Shown here: piece after piece, positions 17,962 through 24,394 of the stretch
Layout of the letters: each line of letters opens with the position of its first letter
How positions within the stretch are numbered: position 1 is the first letter of the stretch
NCBI GenBank assembly: GCA_902770595.1
Contig: CACXTQ010000030.1
Location: 7,105 to 71,104 of the forward strand
DNA: 64,000 bases
From: an uncultured Bacteroidales bacterium
GTDB lineage: Bacteria; Bacteroidota; Bacteroidia; Bacteroidales; UBA3663
Reading direction: 5' to 3'
Notes under the pieces: generated by a model
The model's input: only the letters and a program-made list of their open reading frames with translations
Told to the model about the DNA's origin: nothing
The model's database searches: none
Position numbers and translations under genes: made by a program

Positions 17962-18568
17962 ACGTTAAAAACTCATTATTTAAGTAGCACTTTGGGTCGA
18001 AAGGCAGGAAACAAAGACGGCTAACGTCTCTCCCGCTTTTATCAGCCTCTAATTCATATCTATTATATAGGTAGTTAATGACAACTGAAAAATACCGAGA
18101 ATGCATTTCTGCATCCGCTTCTCCGATGTAGATTATCCATTTGAGGCCTTGACCTCGCGGACTGACAAAAAGCATTGCAGTATCAAACTCACTATCATTA
18201 AGCAGAATTTTCCGAACTTGTTCAACTTGCTTTTCACCACCCAGATGATCGAAGTCAATGACCATCAAACCACTGTGAGATATCAAATTACTGGTCTTTC
18301 GAGTAGGATTGAAAACTCCACCTGGTGTGAATGCACGAAAATTCAGGAGTTTGAATTCCCGGCTTTCATTTTCATCTTTAATCTCTCGTAGTTTCTTTGT
18401 GGCCTGTTCAGCATCTGTATTTGTCGTAATATACTTGTATATATCGACAATATTTAATGGTTTATAGATAGTTCGATTTTGAGGAACTATCCTACCATCG
18501 TCAATTCGAACCCCTTTATCATAAAATGAAAATAAGGGCAATTTATTCTGGTATAGTTCGTTTTTCAT
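17942..18568 (-). CDS. BT4734/VirE_N-type archaeo-eukaryotic primase (AEP) domain protein
   Basis: 208 aa. MVIDFDHL (DxD), FVSPRGQGLKWI, SRLCFLPFD. Overlaps the downstream gene by 20 nt. Confidence 0.7.
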   Translation of the reverse strand: MKNELYQNKLPLFSFYDKGVRIDDGRIVPQNRTIYKPLNIVDIYKYITTNTDAEQATKKLREIKDENESREFKLLNFRAFTPGGVFNPTRKTSNLISHSGLMVIDFDHLGGEKQVEQVRKILLNDSEFDTAMLFVSPRGQGLKWIIYIGEADAEMHSRYFSVVINYLYNRYELEADKSGRDVSRLCFLPFDPKCYLNNEFLTYEKAKL

Positions 18569-18780
18569 TAAACTTAACTATTTTAATAAGTAAATAATTC
18601 CTACAATTAACGAAGTCAGCAACCACCTCTCTCCTTTTCAGGAGCGAGTGGTCGCTGAGGTTCAACCAAGGATGATGGCCTTGGGCAAAACGGCTATTTG
18701 GTGAAGCGGTGTAGCCGTAACCGCTTTTCGAGGGTGCTGGGATACAAAATCCTTGCAGCAATCTTATAATTAGCATGCTG
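18569..18780 (-). promoter_or_regulatory. GC-rich structured leader, about 200 nt (candidate cis-regulatory RNA or ssDNA initiation site), upstream of the primase gene
   Basis: Four consecutive hairpins on the minus strand: gctgcaaggattttgtatcccagc; aagcggttacggctacaccgctt; ccaaggccatcatccttgg; cagcgaccactcgctcctgaaaaggagagaggtggttgctg. Lies between the -7 box at 18781-18788 and the ATG at 18568. Confidence 0.35.
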
Positions 18781-18788
18781 CAAAGATA
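18781..18788 (-). promoter_or_regulatory. -7 promoter box TATCTTTG for the primase operon
   Basis: Plus-strand caaagata at 18781-18788. Confidence 0.5.
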
Positions 18789-18928
18789 CGTATTTTTTAC
18801 GAAACCTCCAAATATTTTAGGAGAAAAAACAACAAATATGATTAAAAAAGCAGAATATTTAGGATATTTTTGTTAACCATTGGCTATTTTTATCTATTTT
18901 GGGACCAAAGGTTTGCAATTATTTGGAG

Positions 18929-20029
18929 TTAGTGTATCAAAGCATTCAAGTCTGCAAGAACTTTTTTGTCGGCATCATATAGCAGAGACGTAGCTTTATC
19001 GCGTGTTATCAGATTAAGCGCAAGAGCGGTGAGCACATACATACTGTATTTGTCATAATCATTAGCAGCCTCCTGGAACATGCTGGTTTCGACAGCGGTT
19101 CTGAAGCTTGGAGCCGTATTTTTGAAAATGTTGAAACGTGTGTATCCGCTCGTAGATAATATCTTCAATGTATTTGCCTTTTTTACGATGGCATCGATCG
19201 AGATACCGTATTTCATTTGGATGGGACGTAAGCGAAGCAAGGAAAAGCTTTTACGTAGTAACATAAGGTCATCCAAATAATCTTTTCTGATTACTCTTTC
19301 TGGGAGCAGAAATTCGCTGGCAAATTCGTGGCTGAGACTTTCCTGTTCTTTGGGTTCAACTCCTGTCATGTCCATGACCTGGTGCCCAAGTTCGTGAAGA
19401 GTAGTTAGACGGCGTCGTTCGACATGTTCTTTCGATTGATTGATGACTATGAACATTTCACCCGAATTGGCAACAGTAGCACCCAGTCCATCGAATTCCT
19501 CACCTGCAACAACGGGCAAAACCATAATCCCATTACGTTCCAAAAGCGATTGTACGTTGTCGATTGGATTATCTTCCAGCTTCCAGAGGTCTCGTATTTC
19601 AAGTGCTCGATTACGTGCTTCTTCTCGTGTTCTGACGGGTTTCTTGCCAATTGGTTCGTATTTCTTAATCACATTGGTATCGCTCAGGATCTTGCGAATT
19701 TCAATATATCGTTCGACCTTGTCACGAGCCGACACTATGAGCGCTTTTACTTCGCTCATTGGCATCGAACTCTTTTTGCGGAAATCTATTTCACATTTTT
19801 CAATATCTTCGTCAAAAGGACGTTCAAGGTAAGCAACATCCACATCAAGAGCCTTTGCAAGAGCTCGTTTCACTTCGTCAGAAGGCGAAATCTTGCCATT
19901 TTCGTATTTCGAGATAGCAGCTTTAGTAACAGATTTATCCATACGCTCACATAGCTCATCCATCGTAAGACGTTTCATTATGCGTGCGTTTTTCAATCGC
20001 TGTGAGAAAATCTGGTTGTCCATAAACAA
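18929..20029 (-). CDS. XRE-family HTH fused to an ImmA/IrrE-type zinc metallopeptidase
   Basis: 366 aa. N-terminal FSQRLKNARIMKRLTMDELCERMDKSVTKAAISKYENGK (Cro/C1 HTH). HEXXH in TTLHELGHQVMD. Confidence 0.8.
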   Translation of the reverse strand: MFMDNQIFSQRLKNARIMKRLTMDELCERMDKSVTKAAISKYENGKISPSDEVKRALAKALDVDVAYLERPFDEDIEKCEIDFRKKSSMPMSEVKALIVSARDKVERYIEIRKILSDTNVIKKYEPIGKKPVRTREEARNRALEIRDLWKLEDNPIDNVQSLLERNGIMVLPVVAGEEFDGLGATVANSGEMFIVINQSKEHVERRRLTTLHELGHQVMDMTGVEPKEQESLSHEFASEFLLPERVIRKDYLDDLMLLRKSFSLLRLRPIQMKYGISIDAIVKKANTLKILSTSGYTRFNIFKNTAPSFRTAVETSMFQEAANDYDKYSMYVLTALALNLITRDKATSLLYDADKKVLADLNALIH

Positions 20030-20069
20030 GTAGGTAAAGAATCGATTAATATAGGGTATTTTTATGGTG

Positions 20070-20077
20070 CAAAGTTA
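20070..20077 (-). promoter_or_regulatory. -7 promoter box TAACTTTG for the XRE-ImmA gene
   Basis: Plus-strand caaagtta at 20070-20077, about 40 nt upstream of the ATG at 20029. Confidence 0.5.
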
Positions 20078-20218
20078 ACAAATTGAAAACTATTATCAAA
20101 ACTATTTATCAAATTTGTTTTGATTCTTGGGAACTTTTTCAAGATTATGAATAAAGTTTTCAACTTGACTTGACAATTAATCACAAAAAATTTTGAAATT
20201 ACATCAAATTTTGAGGAA

Positions 20219-20556
20219 TCCCCATCTTACTCCTCTCCTGCCCCACTCCCGTACATCTAATCCCATCCCACCGCAAGATGGGACTAGGTGTACGCAGTTG
20301 ATGCAGCTGGTATTGCGAGAATGTATTCCTTGTGGACACTTGATGCAATCTTGCGGCGAGATTGGACTGATTGGGTACAATTGATACAGGATATAAGTGA
20401 GATGGGACTATGTGTGCACAGGTGATGCAGAGGATGTTGTGAGATTGGACTGGTGGTGAACACTTGATACAATCTCACGGCAAGATGGGATTGATGGTGA
20501 ACAGATAGTGCAAGATTGGGATGAAGTGGGACTAAGTGTGCGGAGGTGATGCATGG
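20219..20556 (+). repeat. iteron-like array of 7 degenerate direct repeats with a 41-42 nt period
   Basis: GAT(G/T)GGA(C/T)T boxes at 20277, (degenerate 20319), 20360, 20401, 20443, 20484 and 20525. Each is followed about 21 nt later by TGAT(G/A)CA(G/A). Inverted partial copies (cccatctt, tcccatccca) at 20221-20228 and 20261-20270. Confidence 0.8.
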
Positions 20557-20672
20557 GCGATATTTTGGAGGGAAATGAGGGGGTATGGCGGTTTATTTAA
20601 TTATAGATTGGGGTGAAGCGTTAAAGTAATGTTAAAGTGGAATCGTGATAAGGCATATATATTAAAAATATG

Positions 20673-20680
20673 TATCTTTG
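20673..20680 (+). promoter_or_regulatory. -7 promoter box TATCTTTG upstream of 20772
   Basis: Exact match. The leader is about 85 nt and contains 4 TAACTCC words. Confidence 0.55.
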
Positions 20681-20771
20681 CTCCGTTACAAAAGACACAT
20701 TTGTCCGTTAACTCCCGTGCGTTTGCACTAACTCCCGATAACTCCTGTTAACTCCTATAAACACTAATAAT

Positions 20772-21377
20772 ATGAAAAGACTGATTTTATCCTTTATTCT
20801 TCTGGTATGCAGCTTGTTGGCTATACAGGATGTGTATGGTCAATATTATTACAAGGATTACTATATCAAAAAAAGAGTTGCCGAACTAGTTCCGTATATT
20901 CCTGATCACGGGATGGATAATTGCCGTATGGTGGCGTTTGAGCCATCGTTTTACAGGGTGATGAATCACGCTTTCGAGATTCCGAGCAGCGGAATAGGCG
21001 AAATCGGCGCAGAAGAATGGCTGTATTATTTCGTGTCGGGCCAGGATTATGAAGGATACGAAGATGCTAAGGTGGAGGTTGTCGATTACACATTTATCGG
21101 CAAGAAGACGGCTTATGTAGAGGTGAATTATCTGCATCGCAATCATAATATCGTCCTGCATTTCAATGGATTTGATTGGGTGATTTCGGACTTCGATAAT
21201 GTTAAGACCCGACTCGAGCAATATATTGTTGAAATGCGTGAATATTTCCGCTCAAGTGAATGGGATGCGTATGTGGCTAATATTATGAATGGTGATGATG
21301 AAGATTGGAAAGCGTCGGCAAGAAGAAAAATGGAAGAGGTTGAGGAGTATTTTAGAAGGTATCCGGTTAGGAAATGA
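20772..21377 (+). CDS. hypothetical secreted protein
   Basis: 201 aa. Signal peptide MKRLILSFILLVCSLLAIQDVYG. No recognisable catalytic motif. Confidence 0.5.
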   Translation: MKRLILSFILLVCSLLAIQDVYGQYYYKDYYIKKRVAELVPYIPDHGMDNCRMVAFEPSFYRVMNHAFEIPSSGIGEIGAEEWLYYFVSGQDYEGYEDAKVEVVDYTFIGKKTAYVEVNYLHRNHNIVLHFNGFDWVISDFDNVKTRLEQYIVEMREYFRSSEWDAYVANIMNGDDEDWKASARRKMEEVEEYFRRYPVRK

Positions 21378-21398
21378 AAATCATTTTATGAAAAAAAA

Positions 21399-21528
21399 GC
21401 TTTGAAAGGTGTAGGTGCGATGCACCCATTGCTGACAAGCGTTGCATACATCTGTGAATACGAGCATTCACATCTGCATGCATCACTTTTCAGCGCACGG
21501 CATTGCTGCCGTGCTACACCTTTCAAAG
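21399..21528. other. 130-nt compound hairpin closed by a 15-bp stem (ctttgaaaggtgtag / ctacacctttcaaag)
   Basis: Outer stem arms at 21400-21414 and 21514-21528. Inner hairpins tgaatacgagcattca and gcacggcattgctgccgtgc. The only ORF here (21386-21631) has no support. Confidence 0.45.
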
Positions 21529-21637
21529 AGAAAAAGTCATCTTTTAGATGAAGAAAAAGGCAAAGCCAGAAAAAAGCCATCCGGATCGCTATTTTAATAA
21601 TCACGAATTTGAGAATTATAGAATTATTCATAAAGAA

Positions 21638-21939
21638 GGTGAAAATGCAGACAACCTCGGCCCCAATGGCCTGGTTGTTTCTGCAGGAAAATGAGCAGGT
21701 CCAATACCTGCAAAAAATCGCACTTCGTGCAGAAAATAAGCAGATCCAAAGCCTGTCATAATATCGACCATCATTATTTTTGCGTCAGCAATTTTCTGCT
21801 GCCATTGAGGCAGCACATTTTCCGGACCCGCAGATTGATGCTTTGCAGCAATCAAGGGAAGGGGCCCCATTCATGGGGACGGCCTTAGCCGAATATAAAC
21901 AATCCTATTGAAGCCCAACGTCTCCAATCCATTTTTACC
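21638..21939 (+). repeat. MITE-like intergenic element, family 1, copy C
   Basis: ggtgaaaatgcag...ccatttttacc. The left 97 nt are nearly identical to inverted copy B. The whole length is collinear with copy A. Confidence 0.75.
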
Positions 21940-22043
21940 TTCTTTTATATCCCATATTTGTTTGCCAAATGGCAATGGATACTTCGCTAATAAATAAAAT
22001 CTGATTAATCTGTGTAAATCCGTAGAGTGATTCAAACGTTAAT

Positions 22044-22090
22044 GACAAAAAGCCCCCTCGGCCTTCCAAATCAGGAGGACTGAGGGGGCT
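22044..22090 (-). terminator. intrinsic terminator of the T9SS-cargo/small-peptide operon
   Basis: Stem agccccctc (22051-22059) / gagggggct (22082-22090). The minus-strand transcript ends ...gagggggcuuuuugu. Confidence 0.7.
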
Positions 22091-22123
22091 GAGTGAAGGG
22101 ATAAATGGTTTAGGAATTACTTA

Positions 22124-22285
22124 TTAATCCTCACCCCAGATGTCGGTGCGGTTCTTGGCGCTGGCAGTATTATTGTTCCATTCGCCTTTCATTTCCAAAG
22201 AATCAGAGCCACCAGATGCAGTAACGATATCATCGCAATTGAACGAAACAACATCGAGTTCGGGGCTTGTATATATCTTTTTCAT
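22124..22285 (-). CDS. 53-aa small protein (not in the ORF track): MKKIYTSPELDVVSFNCDDIVTASGGSDSLEMKGEWNNNTASAKNRTDIWGED
   Basis: My translation. ATG at 22283-22285, TAA TAA double stop. 19 nt downstream of the 334-aa gene and directly upstream of the terminator. Confidence 0.4.
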   Translation of the reverse strand: MKKIYTSPELDVVSFNCDDIVTASGGSDSLEMKGEWNNNTASAKNRTDIWGED

Positions 22286-22304
22286 ATCTTCTATATCTGT
22301 ATAA

Positions 22305-23309
22305 TTATTTAACCATAATTACCTTGCCATTCTCGATCATGAGGCCCTTGCGAGCATCGTCAAGCTTGCGACCCAGGAGGTCATAGCTTACCTTCAAGGT
22401 GCCGTCAACTTGCTCAACGAATTGCAGGCTTTCGCTGTCGTCAATGGAGATGCGGAGAGGAGCACCATTGGGCGTAGGTCCGGTGAACCAAGCACGATAA
22501 GGAAGAACGGTGATATTAGTACCATAGAAGATACCTTCTCCAGTAGTGTCTTTTGACAAATAATAGAAAATGTCCGACTCACTGTTTATAGATTTGAAGG
22601 TTCCATGCAATTTCCAAACGGAAGTTGTAGGTTCAATTGGGGTAAGAGCCAATTCAACCGGTTCATTTTCACCTTCAGAAATAGTCAATACACCAGGGCC
22701 ATCATTTAATTTGAAAACTACGGGTTGTCCAGCGGGTATTTGTTCTTCTATTTTGTTAAAGTGCATCACATCACCTTCAACTTTGTCAAATGAGTAGAAG
22801 GTAACATTGGAATAATGGGCTGGTTCGAAGCTGAATGGCAAGCAGAGAGTGCCCCATTGACTGGCACATTCACGTGTATATTTAGGTTTATACACAGTAT
22901 TTTTTCCTTCTACCATGTAAGAATAAAATGGTTTTGAATCATCGTCCTTAAATTCAAAATCAAAGGATGGCACAACATTAGGGTATTTGTCATTATGAGG
23001 GTATGTCACTTGGATTTTTCCATGAAATGGGACCCATGCTGCACCATATTTAACGCTAAAATCATCTTCATAATTTTTTTCTTCTTCGTTCTCCGGATAA
23101 AGGACATAGGTGCGATAGAAACCATTTTCGAGATAAATAATCTCACGATACGATTCAATATCATCGAAATCAAAATACTGTATTGGTCCATCTTCAATTC
23201 CATCAATTTCTATTATTGGACCATTGAGTAGAAACCTGAAAGGACCCTCTTGTGCCCAAGCGGTCAGTCCTACCGAGAGCAGGGCGAAAAGTGTAAAGAA
23301 TTTCTTCAT
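22305..23309 (-). CDS. secreted protein with a T9SS C-terminal sorting domain (function unknown)
   Basis: Signal peptide MKKFFTLFALLSVGLTAWAQ. C-terminus ...LKVSYDLLGRKLDDARKGLMIENGKVIMVK. Shares a WGTLCLPF...AGQP...YRAWF module with the 1173-aa protein. Confidence 0.65.
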   Translation of the reverse strand: MKKFFTLFALLSVGLTAWAQEGPFRFLLNGPIIEIDGIEDGPIQYFDFDDIESYREIIYLENGFYRTYVLYPENEEEKNYEDDFSVKYGAAWVPFHGKIQVTYPHNDKYPNVVPSFDFEFKDDDSKPFYSYMVEGKNTVYKPKYTRECASQWGTLCLPFSFEPAHYSNVTFYSFDKVEGDVMHFNKIEEQIPAGQPVVFKLNDGPGVLTISEGENEPVELALTPIEPTTSVWKLHGTFKSINSESDIFYYLSKDTTGEGIFYGTNITVLPYRAWFTGPTPNGAPLRISIDDSESLQFVEQVDGTLKVSYDLLGRKLDDARKGLMIENGKVIMVK

Positions 23310-23439
23310 TGCGTTAGATATTTATTATTAGTGAAAAAAGTATTCGTAATTTATTAGGCAAATTACAAAATTGCAATAAACGGGTGCGAAGATACAAATT
23401 AGAACTTAACTGGAAAAAGGCCACACGAATCGCGTCGTC

Positions 23440-23709
23440 CTACCCCCTCGTCAAAAACGCCTGCACGATAAAGGCGACGAGGAAGGAGAGCAAAAGGGCG
23501 GAAAAGAAGATAGTGCCATATTGATAGAGTTTGGGTCGTGTCTTCTTCCATTCGAATATATCATCGAAACCGGTGAAGATGAAGTATAATGCCACGATCA
23601 AACCAAAAATAAAGGACATCATACCAATATTGCCTGAGGTATAGTCCCAGATCTTGAAGATAAGGTACGAAGCTCCTAACAGAGCGCTGAATAAGCCGTA
23701 CTTGTTCAT
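23440..23709 (-). CDS. small 3-TM membrane protein (WKKTRPKL motif family), paralog 1
   Basis: 89 aa. The last 13 codons are nearly identical at nucleotide level to 29140-29178. Confidence 0.55.
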   Translation of the reverse strand: MNKYGLFSALLGASYLIFKIWDYTSGNIGMMSFIFGLIVALYFIFTGFDDIFEWKKTRPKLYQYGTIFFSALLLSFLVAFIVQAFLTRG

Positions 23710-23742
23710 AGCTATTTACGATGGATATATAAATAAATGAAT

Positions 23743-24204
23743 TTACACGTTTTGTTTAACAGCAATCTCATAGATTGAGAGAGCCAAAAAAATAAAAAAG
23801 AAAACCACAAGAGTGCCAAATTTCATGTTTTCGTAAAGTTTTGGGCGAGTCTCCTTCCAGTTGAAGAACGAACTGAACAAGAAGCACAACGACATCAAGG
23901 CGAGGCTTGATGTGAATAATATCATAGCAATGTCACCGTCCTGTGTATAGGCCAGCCATATAGCGTATAGGCTTAGAAAGAAACATATAACATAAATACT
24001 TATTTCTATTATCCTCGATAATGTGGGCCGAGTTTCCTTCCAATTGAATATCAAACCGATACAATTAATTGTAACATAAGCTATACCCAATGAGTATAAC
24101 ACAAAATGGAATGAGTAACCATTTTCAGAAATATCTTTCCAACCATAATAAATTAACGCCAGAAAGCATAAAACGTCAAAAATAATACTTATTTTTTTAT
24201 TCAT
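23743..24204 (-). CDS. membrane protein made of two tandem copies of the same small-TM unit
   Basis: 153 aa. FNWKETRPTLSRI and FNWKETRPKLYEN motifs lie about 75 aa apart. Preceded by a TATCTTTG box. Confidence 0.55.
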   Translation of the reverse strand: MNKKISIIFDVLCFLALIYYGWKDISENGYSFHFVLYSLGIAYVTINCIGLIFNWKETRPTLSRIIEISIYVICFFLSLYAIWLAYTQDGDIAMILFTSSLALMSLCFLFSSFFNWKETRPKLYENMKFGTLVVFFFIFLALSIYEIAVKQNV

Positions 24205-24228
24205 TATTTAATTGTTTGTTTTTCGATG

Positions 24229-24236
24229 CAAAGATA
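24229..24236 (-). promoter_or_regulatory. -7 promoter box TATCTTTG for 23743-24204
   Basis: Plus-strand caaagata, 25 nt upstream of the ATG at 24204. Confidence 0.55.
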
Positions 24237-24350
24237 ACGTGTTTTTCGATAAACTCCAAACAAATGGGAAAGAAAATTGTAAAAGTTTCAAAAACACACG
24301 TCAAATGGAATAATTTGGGCAATCCCTTTGGTAATCTCAGAAATAATTTG

Positions 24351-24358
24351 TATCTTTG
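24351..24358 (+). promoter_or_regulatory. -7 promoter box TATCTTTG for the 1173-aa gene
   Basis: Exact match, 37 nt before the ATG at 24395. Confidence 0.6.
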
Positions 24359-24394
24359 CGCCCGTTATAAATAAAATCCAGTATTTAGAACAAT

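Noticed and set aside
18543-18776. 77-aa minus-strand ORF in the primase leader
   Set aside because: Its ATG lies only 5 nt from the -7 box, upstream of the expected transcription start. It overlaps the primase start. I interpret the region as noncoding structured leader.
20219-20556. Possibility that the repeat array is a CRISPR array
   Set aside because: The repeats are degenerate, about 30 nt with about 11-nt spacers that are themselves related. There are no cas genes and no repeat palindrome typical of CRISPR.
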